Below are positions 1 to 11,402 of a stretch of 29,826 nucleotides of DNA, piece by piece (position 1 is the stretch's first letter; every line of letters begins with the position of its first letter). The stretch is from Ginkgo biloba (taxonomy: Eukaryota > Plantae > Ginkgophyta), in the NCBI GenBank assembly GCA_024626585.2, contig JANKJI020000002.1, positions 81,996,455 through 82,026,280 of the forward strand, given 5' to 3'. Made by a program: the position numbers and the translations under genes. The notes below the pieces were generated by a model. The model was not told the DNA's origin and made no database searches. It was given only the letters and a program-made list of their open reading frames with translations.

Positions 1-2689
1 TATACCAGTGATTTGCTTCCCCTCTTAGCGTGGCCAAAAAGGTTCACAACCATTCCGCCTCATTGTCTTCACTATTGGCTGCCCATATTGTTTCACAAAA
101 ATACTACAATCTCTTGTTAGGTCTTCCTTATCTCCCATGTTAAATGTGGTTAGACATTGTTCGTCGACAACTTTTGTAGATGAATCCATCATAGCCAATT
201 TTGAAGGTGGACGACTTGACTCTCGCAACTTTCTCTACACTATTTTGGGCAACTTCCAAAGTCTTCCTCATTTGATATGGATTTATAATTCCCCTCTTTT
301 TTAACTTCTCTCTATCACTTTAGGCCTTCTTCAACTTTCTTCAACTCATACACTTTGCCTAGCCTTTCCCTCCTACTTTGTTGCCTTTGTCATGTAGACT
401 CAACTTTTCCACACGTTTCTCCACTTCTTCCAATAATAATTGGTCTTTTCTTCCAAGACTCATCCCTGCCACCTTTTCCTCTTACAGGGTGGCCAATCAC
501 GACAGAGTCCTTCCCCGACCCTATCTTGTTTTTCATATGGTAGTTTTGGGGTTGACTCCCCTCAATCAGTCCACCCATGTCTATCTACTCGAAGTACTTC
601 CCTCCTTTTCAAACAGACCTCACTTTGAACCCCTCATGTTGTGATCCTCTTACAACATGCAATTCCCTTAGTTATGAGTTTCCCTCATGTCTTAGTCTCC
701 CAATGGTGGTCACCATTGGAATTCATATGCAATCTTGGTCGCCAATGGCTCCATATGTTGAATGCATATTTTTGCCCAACGTGTAGACCAGATAACATAT
801 ATAGAACACAAGGGAAATATTCAAGAACAAGAATTGCATTAAGAATTATTTCAGACTATGTCCATAGCATCCGTACATTATAGTGAGGGATCTTTTTATA
901 TGTGAAGTTGTCCCTTCATATGTCATTACAAAATGTAATAATTGTCCAACTATCGATAATTTCATTATGCAAGACGTTTGTACAAATCTTGTGTGCAAGA
1001 CTTTGTAATGTGATTACATAAAATTAATTAACAATGACTATCAACATATATAACAATAAAAGTCCCTAGTTTTGAGAGAAATTGTTCTCATTGAAGAGAA
1101 ACGAACATGTTTATTAAAGACTATTATAAAACAATGGCCAATAGAGACATAATACAATAAGCCAAACTAGACACTTGAAAAAGAAGACAATGATAGAACT
1201 GTTTGACCAACAAGAATTCCTGATGAATTATCATGATGTATCATGTACATTAATGTAATTTCACTTTAGAAATCTTTTATTTAGTTTAGTTCATCAAAGT
1301 GTACTTATGTACTTTTAGTTAAATGTTNNNNNNNNNNNNNNNNNNNNNNNNNNNNNNNNNNNNNNNNNNNNNNNNNNNNNNNNNNNNNNNNNNNNNNNNN
1401 NNNNNNNNNNNNNNNNNNNNNNNNNNNCACTCAAGACTTGTATTTAGCATGATGTATGCTTGGTAGATTGATTCCCTACATTTGGAGTGATAAGACAAAT
1501 ATTAAGTGGAAATGTCAACATAGTATAATGGATAAGGTGTAAGTAGGTTGCTAGTTGCAAGGGTCAACAGTTTATGAGCCAATTGTAACAGAAAAATCAA
1601 TCCTCCAAAATTGTTTCTAGGCTATTGGTTGTAGGAGTCAATCAATACAGCATAATGTGTCATTGGAAAGTACATAAGGTCAGTCATTTTCCAATTTAAT
1701 AGGTTGTTGGTCAAATTCAATCACAAATAATGTTACTTGCGGAAGACAAGAGTTGATCACAAGGCAAAATGATGTTATTAAGTTGAATATGAATAAATAT
1801 TTGTCATTTATGATTGATTGGTTGCAATCCTTGTGACTTTTATGTTGTATATATGTAAATAATGTTTTGTGTTAAACTGCTAATCAATATCCTAACCACT
1901 AGACATTGTATCTTGATAATTGATGTGATGATGAAAGACTCACACCGAGTTATCTATACTATTATGCTATAAAATGGATCTGAATTTCCCAAATTGTGTC
2001 CATTATGTTTATCTCTTCTTTATGAGCATAATGAGAGCATGTGAAGAGAAGATAAATGTATCACTAATTAACATGAAACATGCATATGCACTTGGAATTT
2101 ACTAAAGAGTTCTAATTTGAAACAAAAAAATCTCTTGGATCAGGGATTTGGCATGGCATTGTGCTTGTATGACTTATTTCGGAAGCATTAACTTGTCATC
2201 CAGATTTATTTTAGTCATGTATAAAAATAGTTTGTTAGTATGTTTGTTGATTATTGATGATGCCCAAAATGAATGTGAGTCTTAAGGTGTTTTCATGCAG
2301 TATAGTTTGGGTCTTAGAGACCAAAACTGGAGGCATAAGTGCATATTGTAGCAATTGTATGTCTTAATTATTATTTTGTTACGTATGATGCCAAATTACA
2401 TATTGAATGATGTAAACCTTAAGTAAAGATTGCGTTGGCGCATACAATTTCTAACATAGTATCTCCACAAATATGAAGACATTATGGGGTTTAGAAATCC
2501 TAAAATTCCATGAGTGGAAAGGAGAGCTTGGTGATTGAATGCCTAATGTCCCTGTGGCATGAAGCTCAATGATTTTGTTTCAAAAATACCTATGGAGTGA
2601 GGCAATCTTGATGAGGCTACCAAGATCCTTCACCAGTGTAGATTACTTGTAACTTCACAATGCTTATTACCAATGTTGTTCTACAATTC

Positions 2690-3689
2690 ATTGGTTGTAA
2701 AGTTATCTACATATGATTGTACTATATTATTAATAAGGTCATAGAATGCATAATTCATGGCCTGATGATATGTAGCACTAGTATTTTTAAGGAAACAATG
2801 CATGAATTTATAGGCAAAAGTGCCCCAAGGCATAGTAAATGAAGTCTTATGGTGATCTTCAGGTGCAATCAAAATTTGATTATAACCCAAACATCTATCC
2901 ATGAGATACATAACACTAAATCTCATAGTTTGATCAACCACTTGGTCAATGAAGGGCAAGGGAAAATTATCCTTAGGGTAGGCATCATTAATATTTCTAA
3001 AGTTGATGCAAACTCAAACAAAACCATTTTTTTTCATGACTAGAACAATATTAGCCACCCACTTAGGATAATTGATAAGTATAATGAATTCCATATTGAT
3101 TAATTTTTGGACCTCCTCCTTTACCAAACTTGATAATTTTGGAGCTAATGGATGTTGTTTTTTATGAACAGGCCTCGCATTAGGAGTAGTAACAATATTA
3201 TGCACACCAACATTAAGGACCATCCCCTTCATGTCGTTATACTCCCAAGAGAAGACATCAAAAAAATCATGAATAACTAAGTATATTACTCAATTTATTT
3301 TAGAGAAAAACTAACCCCAAGTTTGATTATTCGAGGTTCTAAAGATATATCTAAATCAATCTCAATAGTGGGTTCTATCAACATAGAATTCCCTTCCTTG
3401 AAATGATCTAGTTTGGGGGGAAGATCACTAATTTTAATATCAAGATTTGATTGATCAAGAGAAGGACCCAAATCCCCTTGAGGATCATTTAAACCAGATT
3501 TAAAATGATTATAGGGTGAAGAATCTTGGATTTCTTCCCCTTCCTCAATAGTATCGACATCATGATAGACAATATTGATCATGTGAATAGGGTGGTTTGG
3601 CAATCCCAGAAAAAGAGGATCATTTGTAGAGGAAGCTGGAAAATAACCCACACTAAGGGTGTCCTCAAATAAATATTTCCCCAAATTGA
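2690..3689 (-). mobile_element. Degenerate Ty3/gypsy (Tat/Ogre-like) pol fragment: pre-RT linker and reverse transcriptase
   Basis: Stop- and frameshift-broken translation: DVFSWEYNDMKG...VKEEVQKL...YPKWVANIVLVMKKNG...PKDNFPLPFIDQVVD...GYNQI...KTSFTMPWGTFAY...YVDN (YVDD decayed). Homology stops just after the catalytic motif. Confidence 0.9.
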
Positions 3690-5295
3690 NNNNNNNNNNN
3701 NNNNNNNNNNNNNNNNNNNNNNNNNNNNNNNNNNNNNNNNNNNNNNNNNNNNNNNNNNNNNNNNNNNNNNNNNNNNNNNNNNNNNNNNNNNNNNNNNNNN
3801 NNNNNNNNNNNNNNNNNNNNNNNNNNNNNNNNNNNNNNNNNNNNNNNNNNNNNNNNNNNNNNNNNNNNNNNNNNNNNNNNNNNNNNNNNNNNNNNNNNNN
3901 NNNNNNNNNNNNNNNNNNNNNNNNNNNNNNNNNNNNNNNNNNNNNNNNNNNNNNNNNNNNNNNNNNNNNNNNNNNNNNNNNTGTGGATTCAATTGTGCTA
4001 TTAATGCCATTGTGTTGGAAGAAAAGGCACAACCTTTAAGATCAATGTAGTTAATCAAACTCTTCTATGGACTAATGTCGGTTGCATGTAGTTAATCAAC
4101 CTTCTCTATGAAGACATAACAAGTTGTTCAAGCATTGGTATTCTTGCCAATTCAACCATAAGTTAAAGTGGCCCACAAAAATCAGCCAACAAGTCAATGT
4201 AGGTCAACTAGAGCAATTCTTACAACAATCAAGATTAATTGTTGTCCTAGTACACCAACCTCAACTTAATAAAGATGTGATAGGTCTACCTAAGGAATTT
4301 ATTGGGATCATATATATAGCTAGAAATCTCATTTCTCTTATATCACTTCAAAAATCCATCTGAATATGCCACAAGATTAGTTCTTTGCTATAAATGGTTT
4401 TGGGATTCATTTTTGTACCTCTGGCCTTCACCTTCATCCTAATTTAGATTCATGTTCTAAATTTAACTATAGATTGGCTTGGTTTGATGTCAATTTCATG
4501 ATTCTTAGGCTTGAGACCAAGGCTTGGACACAAAACAAAGTATGTTTCTATAGAACCATAAGTTGAACTTTGAGTATGTTGATATGAGTATGGTATGAAG
4601 CTTTATAGGAAAACATGTAGGTCCATAGATGGCTAAGCCCATCTATAGGTGATATAACGACCAAGTGTAACTTCACTAGTGGTAATGTGTATGTTCATGG
4701 AAAAGTATAAGTCCATCAATGGGGTGTCTCAAATTGTCTTGTGACTAAAGTCTCCTTGGCATACTTATAAGTAGATGTGTAGGAGAACCGAATAGATGGT
4801 ATTGAATGTAACAACCTCGACCTTATACCTATATCACAAAGAACATAACATAAATATGATATTAAGATATTTATTCACATATGATTATAATTCATGAATT
4901 TTAGGGTTCAAGGATAGTAAGGACAAGCCTGTTTACTAAGGGATGGTGGCATGGTGACTAAGTATCTACTGTAGATGTTGGGAACAACCTAAAGGGCTTA
5001 TTGCATTGGAAACCAAACCTTNNNNNNNNNNNNNNNNNNNNNNNNNNNNNNNNNNNNNNNNNNNNNATTAATGATCTGCTAGACTCCACCTCTTCACCCC
5101 ATGTCAATAAGGGAGGCAGGCCATAAGTATCATTTCAACCCCTTTTCGGCACAAGGAATACCCTAGATAGGATTCCACTCTTAACTGGGAATATCGACTT
5201 ATATTAAATTAAGGTACATTCATACATGTATCTTTTCAGCCCATTTATATTCATGGTACCAGTGATTGATAGTTNNNNNNNNNNNNNNNNNNTCA

Positions 5296-5445
5296 ATGGG
5301 AATCCTTTCAACCCAATAGTCACTCAAGGTCTATTTGAACCCATATGGCTAATAGAACTATGGGGTAACCTCTCGACCCAATAGCCATACAACCAAGCCT
5401 CAAGGATAATAAAACTATGGGGTATCCTTTCAACGCAATAGCCCT
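5296..5445. repeat. Three imperfect copies (about 60-bp spacing) of a CTATGGGG..CC....CCCAATAG(C/T)C unit
   Basis: atgggaatcctttcaacccaatagtc (~5297), ctatggggtaacctctcgacccaatagcc (~5358), ctatggggtatccttttcaacgcaatagcc (~5415). Confidence 0.7.
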
Positions 5446-5525
5446 CATCTCAAGTATAATGCAACTTCCCACTAGCTTCATATATTTAAGCCTATAGATG
5501 CATGCAAAAACTAAAGGGCTAATAA

Positions 5526-5547
5526 TCCCCTAGTGGATTATCCACTA
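5526..5547 (-). promoter_or_regulatory. Possible degenerate tRNA-Arg primer-binding site of the minus-strand Tat/Ogre element
   Basis: tcccctagtggattatcca resembles the reverse complement of the Ogre-type PBS TGGCGACTCCACTGGGGA, and lies on the correct strand upstream of the RT at 2690-3689. Several mismatches. Confidence 0.4.
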
Positions 5548-5746
5548 CAAACCCATGCCACCCCTATGGTCAAGACCCAGGATTTGAACAACACTAGGGC
5601 CAAAATTAGTATGCATGGTTAAGGAAGTGTTTCCTAATTTACTTANNNNNNNNNNNNNNNNNNNNNNNNNNNNNNNNNNNNNNNNNNNNNNNNNNNNNNN
5701 NNNNNNNNNNNNNNNNNNNNNNNNNNNNNNNNNNNNNNNNNNNNNA

Positions 5747-6075
5747 GCAATGCCAGGTAAATAAAGTAGAGAGAGAACACCCTACTGGATTACTAATGCC
5801 TTTGCCTATTTCGGAGGGCAAATGGGAAAGCATAAGTATGGATTTTGTTACATCACTTCCTTGGACTCGGCGCCAAAATGATCAAATTTTCGTGGTTGTG
5901 GATCGACTCACAAAGATGGCAAGATTTTTGCCATGCAAAATGACTCACAAGAATAAAGATATAACAAAGCTATTAACAACAAAAATCTTTACCAAATATG
6001 GGGTGCCCAAGTCTATTGTGAGTGATTGGGACTCAAAGTTCATAATTGATGTGTGGACGGATGTGTTCAAGGTGT
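5747..6075 (+). mobile_element. Ty3/gypsy (chromovirus-type) integrase fragment
   Basis: QCQVNKVEREHPTGLLMPLPISEGKWESISMDFVTSLP...IFVVVDRLTKMARFLP...YGVPKSIVSDWDSKF: end of the HHCC finger plus the first two catalytic Asp motifs. Truncated at about 6075. Confidence 0.95.
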
Positions 6076-6396
6076 GAAGTTTAGGATCACGGGTGGAAAA
6101 TGAGTAAACAAGGAATCAAACCACAACATAGATGTTCCCAGGTAGAATTGGTCTATCATAGATTTTTTTATTAGATGCTATAAATGGAATGGATTCGATG
6201 CAACTTGATTGATGATACAATGGATACGGGGCCATTAAATAGATGCCTAAATAATAACCTCTTCATAACTTCCTTCGGAAGTTGTGATTAGTTCACTAAT
6301 TACAACATAAGTACATCATTAATTACATAAAATACAATTACATTAAATACAATGAATAAACATAAGGAAGATGACTAAACATTAATTATTCCAATA
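6073..6396 (-). mobile_element. Probable short LTR remnant (about 320 bp)
   Basis: Begins TGTGAAG exactly where integrase homology stops and ends ATTATTCCAATA (a decayed ...CCAACA terminus). The flanks caagg/gtagg are not a clean TSD. Confidence 0.45.
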
Positions 6397-6777
6397 GTAG
6401 GTGCCTACATGAGTGAGAGTCATATATCAAAAGATTGTATTTCCTTAAAATCAACTTAATTGGGAAAGCTTATCACAAAGATGCAACTTGCTCTGATACC
6501 AAAATATACACTACATATTTTGGTTTTCGATATCCTTTATATTATTTCTTTCCCAGTACCATGAACCAACTCTAATAAAAAAAATTGTGTTATATATATT
6601 TTGGTAGAATTACTTCCCAATGTTGCAAACTAGGTCTGATACCAAAAATATGATCTGGCACTCATGGGGTCCATAGCGGAAGCGAGTTAAAATAATTGGT
6701 AGGCACCTCCATGAGTGAGAGTTATATATAAAAATACTGTATTGCCTTAAAATCAACTTAATTGGGCAAGCTTATCA
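6397..6777. repeat. 79-bp direct repeat (6397-6475 and 6699-6777)
   Basis: Ungapped alignment, 9 mismatches in 79 by manual count. Confidence 0.92.
6490..6501 (-). promoter_or_regulatory. tRNA-iMet primer-binding site TGGTATCAGAGC (orphan)
   Basis: Exact reverse complement gctctgatacca; degenerate copies at 6633-6644 and 6815-6826. Confidence 0.8.
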
Positions 6778-8199
6778 ATTATGTTTCATATTTCCTAGAT
6801 TGAAGAATGAGGATGCTCTAAGACCAAATATGTGTGCTACGTATTTCAGTCTCTCATATTCAATAATTGTCCTTCATTTGAATGCTTGTGCATAAATCAT
6901 TAATCAAAATGAATAGAGGTTGTAGGTTCAAATCTAACTAGCAATTAAAGAATTCTAGGATAAAAATCTAAACATAATATTAGTGAATACATGATATGTA
7001 TTCTTATGCAATTAAAAGGATGCTATTAAAACACCGAATTTTGCCCAAATGGGATTTTATTCCAATGACCATTGATTTACATCATAAGTCCACTATGTGG
7101 GAAAAAGAAACAAAGAAAAAGAGCTCATATGGCTAAGAGACACTTGACAGTGAGCTGAACTTAGAACTTAGAAAAAAGATTAGCAAAATTAGAGCCAAGA
7201 ACCATTGGAATTTACATTGTATAAATTCTACTCAATAACAATTTCTAAATCTGTTGCAATGAAGCAATCAATTTCCATTTGAGGTCAGTTCCATCCATAA
7301 CTGTAAAACAAATTGTTTCAACTTCCTTAGCTAAACTTGTTGACATGCCAGTGTTTGCTAAGTTGGAGTTGATTCGGCGCCTCTGAATCTTTCACAAGTT
7401 CAAATTAGAAGTGATNNNNNNNNNNNNNNNNNNNNNNNNNNNNNNNNNNNNNNNNNNNNNNNNNNNNNNNNNNNNNNNNNNNNNNNNNNNNNNNNNNNNN
7501 NNNNNNNNNNNNNNNNNNNNNNNNNNNNNNNNNNNNNNNNNNNNNNNNNNNNNNNNNNNNNNNNNNNNNNNNNNNNNNNNNNNNNNNNNNNNNNNNNNNN
7601 NNNNNNNNNNNNNNNNNNNNNNNNNNNNNNNNNNNNNNNNNNNNNNNNNNNNNNNNNNNNNNNNNNNNNNNNNNNNNNNNNNNNNNNNNNNNNNNNNNNN
7701 NNNNNNNNNNNNNNNNNNNNNNNNNNNNNNNNNNNNNNNNNNNNNNNNNNNNNNNNNNNNNNNNNNNNNNNNNNNNNNNNNNNNNNNNNNNNNNNNNNNN
7801 NNNNNNNNNNNNNNNNNNNNNNNNNNNNNNNNNNNNNNNNNNNNNNNNNNNNNNNNNNNNNNNNNNNNNNNNNNNNNNNNNNNNNNNNNNNNNNNNNNNN
7901 NNNNNNNNNNNNNNNNNNNNNNNNNNNNNNNNNNNNNNNNNNNNNNNNNNNNTTTTCGAAATTGAGATAATATCATCCAATAATGTAATATCATTCAGTC
8001 ATAATTAATATAAATCAATTTGTTGTACAAATGACTTCTTGAGGCTAGATATCAATGGGTGAAACCTTCAAGTGTTATGCCATGATGGACTATTAATGCT
8101 TACATGACCTATAATTTGTCAAATGCCATGAATCAAATGCTCTATAAAGAGTTGGATACACTATATGGGGCATGGATTCTCACAAGCAAAAGATACTAA

Positions 8200-8317
8200 G
8201 GTGGATCCTATAAGAAGCTCAATAGCATGGGTGGGTCACATAAGAAGCTACAGTAGCATGGGTAGATCACGTAGAATGCTACAAATGGCTTGGGTGGATC
8301 TTATGAAATTTTGCTAG
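8200..8317. repeat. Imperfect minisatellite, about 4 copies of a 30-32 bp unit (GGTGGATCACATAAGAAGCTACAGTAGCATG-like)
   Basis: Units start at 8200, 8230, 8261 and 8293. Confidence 0.85.
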
Positions 8318-8664
8318 AAAGGATCTTATGTAGGGGTGGGATCCTGCATAGATGATGTGAGGAAGGAACCAACAAGCTTTTATTGGTGGTGTCCCAAGCT
8401 AGAGGATGAGGGACCATCTAGCACATAAGCCCCCTTTGCTCCGACTAAATCATTAGACTCTAGAGTAGCACGCAAATCCCATCTTAGAGCAGAACTACTA
8501 ATTTGTTCTTTTATTAATCGTTTCTTTGTTGAGCATGATGCCAGTTCTACAAGGACAACTTGGGGAGCCTATAACATTTGGCAACTTTTGTTGAACATAG
8601 TCTTGAAAATTCTAATGGAAAGAGTGAAGAATCATTGTGAGTCTCTATAAAAACTCATCTAGAA

Positions 8665-9358
8665 TGTTGATGCAAGAGCATCTAGTGCCCACAGTGCCGG
8701 GTGGCCGACGCCATCGATGGAGGACAGACAACCTACCACATCGGCAGAATGCAGGGTCGACGTTGGAAGCTAGAAAATCGACCTCGCGGCGGAAAGGCGA
8801 GTCAGGTGTAGTCGGTGAAGGGGAGAAAACCGACCATGTCGGTGACCATGAGGACCAACCCTTCGGTAGGAGAAGCTCGATGCCGTCGGTGGGAAGCAGC
8901 GGAACGACATACGATAGTGAGGGGAAAGTCGACACCCGTCGGAGGCATTGTTACCCGACCTCGTCGGTAGAGACAGACGTCGACGCAGGAGCGGAGCCTA
9001 GACTTCGTCGGTGGAGAGCGATAAACCAACATATGTTGGTGAGGGGACCGACGGACCTCGTCGGTAGGAGACTGTAGACCGACGAGAGGTGACTAAGAGA
9101 AGACTGTCGGATTAGACCGACGAAGGACTGATACGCGGAGGTAAACCAAAGCTCGAAGGCAGTCATGGCGGCGTGCAGGTATTAATGACAGGTTGTGGCA
9201 GGAGTTAATGCACACCTACCAAATCCATTGGAGCGGAAAGAGTCGTTTTAGCTCAGTTGGAGGTAGCCGTTGAATTCGAAGCTACTAAAAGGCCGCATGA
9301 GAATTCATTTAGGCAGGAGAGATCGAACTGATGCACCGAAGTGCTGTCAAAATTCTGG
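8665..9358. mobile_element. GC/CpG-rich insert, probably part of a young Tat/Retand-type LTR
   Basis: Sharp compositional shift, a candidate TGTTG start at 8665, and dense CCGAC/GTCGG/GTCGAC words; runs into an N gap. The family assignment is inference. Confidence 0.55.
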
Positions 9359-9458
9359 NNNNNNNNNNNNNNNNNNNNNNNNNNNNNNNNNNNNNNNNNN
9401 NNNNNNNNNNNNNNNNNNNNNNNNNNNNNNNNNNNNNNNNNNNNNNNNNNNNNNNNNN

Positions 9459-9585
9459 GTTAGATGGAACAAGGAGAGATGGACCTATGAATGGTTCTAG
9501 GTTCAAATTGTATAATCCGCAACAAGAAATAAAAGATGACGTCCCAATTCACTATGTACAAGGTGATTTTGAAAACTACTTCTAG
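9459..9585 (+). mobile_element. C-terminal tail of a Tat/Athila-type gypsy integrase
   Basis: LDGTRRDGPMNGSRFKLYNP...* matches the LDG-x5-[VW]NGxRLKxY motif that ends non-chromovirus gypsy pol proteins. Confidence 0.75.
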
Positions 9586-10089
9586 CATAGGTTTTAGCAC
9601 AAGAGGTCCTTGAGCCACAGTGTTGAGCAAAGGAAATTCGAGAAGAACAAACAAGTGTTGAAGACCAACTTTGAATGGGCAGATGGACAATTGCGAATGC
9701 TAGAATTTGGATGGGCAAATGGACCATTCTGAACATTCAAACTTAGATAGTCAGATGACCTCATCCAGATGTATGAACCTAGATGGCCGAATGTTCTCAC
9801 CTATATATATGGACTCGGACGAGCGAGTGACCCAATCCAGATAGCCATATTTTTTGAGCAAATGATGCAAACAGGATTTTTTGTGACCCAACTCACCCAA
9901 TTGGCTTAGTAACATGGGCATGCTTGTGCGACTACGTCTTAATGCGCCAAATGCATGACAAAGAGAGTGATGAATAAAAATGGATAAATTTATAAAGTGG
10001 AGGCCTAGATCCAAATCAATTTTAATATCATAATAAGATTATGTATTTGCTTCTAAAATACCAATCTTTCTCCTCATTTATCTAACTTG

Positions 10090-10923
10090 TGATGAAGCGA
10101 GGTGAAAATTTATTAAGATAAGATTCAACTTGGTTTCAACATGAGTATGTATATCTAAGATTATGAAATTGGAAAATTATGATTGAAATGAGAAATGATT
10201 ATTTAATCATGAACAAGAATATATGCACCAAATATATAAGATTACAATCTTATTATTATATTTACAATAACACCACTAAGACTACTAGGCTTACAATAAA
10301 GCATAATAAGATATTGTCATGTTGTCACAACTCTATACAAGCCAATGAATATAATGTAATGGAATAAAGAATGAGCATTGAAAAAGCATTTTATAATTCA
10401 ATAAGATAAAAGTAATCTTTTTCCAACAACCTTTCAATGTAAAAATACTAGTATTTATAGGAGAAATTAGATTCTTTGACAAGAGAGTTTTTTGTGACCC
10501 CCTGTAATGCCCCAAATGGGAAACTATTAAAAAGTATAAATAAATTAACAGTTTATAGATAAGAAATATGGAAATAATTAAATAAGAAAAATAACCCATC
10601 TAAAATACTGGGGTACCTGCTACCCATAACGAAAAAGGGGTGTGGGGAACGTACTACCCAAAATACACCATCTAAATTAGGAGAACCTTCTTCCCAAAGT
10701 AGAAAAATGTTCTTCTTCAAAGAAAAGTTGATGATCATATGAGATATTACAATGTAGGTTGATTGGTCTAAGGTTAAAGGAGACACCCCTTCGCTATGCC
10801 TCTTTGTCATGTGACCCTTTTCTTAGTATTTTTTAATTGCTAATTATTAATAATTAATAATTAATTCTAATGAATGTAATAATATTAATAAATTAGTAAT
10901 TGATTCCAATTAGGATCTCAACA
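10090..10923 (-). mobile_element. 3' LTR (about 830 bp) of a minus-strand LTR retrotransposon
   Basis: Minus strand reads PPT AAGAAGGGAGGGCA then TGTTGAGATCC (10923), TATA box CTCCTATAAATA (~10452-10463) and a ...CTTCATCA end (10090; 10088 also possible). Confidence 0.75.
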
Positions 10924-10938
10924 TGCCCTCCCTTCTTG
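10924..10938 (-). promoter_or_regulatory. Polypurine tract
   Basis: Purine run directly abutting a TGTTG LTR start; overlaps a pol-end-like peptide QTKQFKKGGHV. Confidence 0.75.
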
Positions 10939-11300
10939 AATTGCTTTGTCTGAGTAGTATTGANNNNNNNNNNNNNNNNNNNNNNNNNNNNNNNNNNNNN
11001 NNNNNNNNNNNNNNNNNNNNNNNNNNNNNNNNNNNNNNNNNNNNNNNNNNNNNNNNNNNNNNNAGGTGGGGCAATTACAGTTGCCATAATTGGTTGATGA
11101 TGGATTTCTAGGTTTAAAGAACCTAAAACCATGTCGTAATTATAACTTCAAAAACAGTAAGTTGAAACCTAAAAAATTTGGGGGTAATTGGCAAATTAAA
11201 GAACAAGTTCTATTGTAAGGGCAAGATCTTGTCCAATAAAGTTGACTATGAACCAAATGGAGACCATTGTATGATAGATTGTGCTTGTATTCCAACAAAG

Positions 11301-11402
11301 AGGCTTATGGTACATGCATGCACTAGTAGATTTCAAAAGGAGGCTTATGGTACATGCATGCACTAGTGGATTTCAATAGGAGGCTTATGGTACATGCATG
11401 CA
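11301..11402. repeat. 40-bp tandem repeat, about 2.6 copies (AGGCTTATGGTACATGCATGCACTAGTRGATTTCAAWAGG)
   Basis: Units start at 11301, 11341 and 11381; the first two differ at 2 of 40 positions. Confidence 0.95.

Noticed and set aside
25-580. Possible CACTA/En-Spm-associated ORF remnant (GQPI word)
   Set aside because: A single short motif with multiple stops and no terminal repeats seen.
700-719. 9-bp inverted repeat CCAATGGTG-gt-CACCATTGG
   Set aside because: An isolated short hairpin with no miRNA-length stem or supporting context.
4045-4111. Local ~25-bp duplication (atgtagttaatcaa...ctatg)
   Set aside because: An ordinary micro-duplication within decayed repeat DNA.
7392-7994. Long ORFs spanning N runs (also 3295-4058, 12632-12916 and others)
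   Set aside because: Artefacts of assembly gaps.
8637-9166. Overlapping ORFs of 71-146 aa on both strands
   Set aside because: Expected from high GC and stop-codon scarcity; no recognisable domain.
11301-11402. CRISPR-like array
   Set aside because: The units are contiguous and near-identical with no unique spacers; eukaryotic context and no cas genes.
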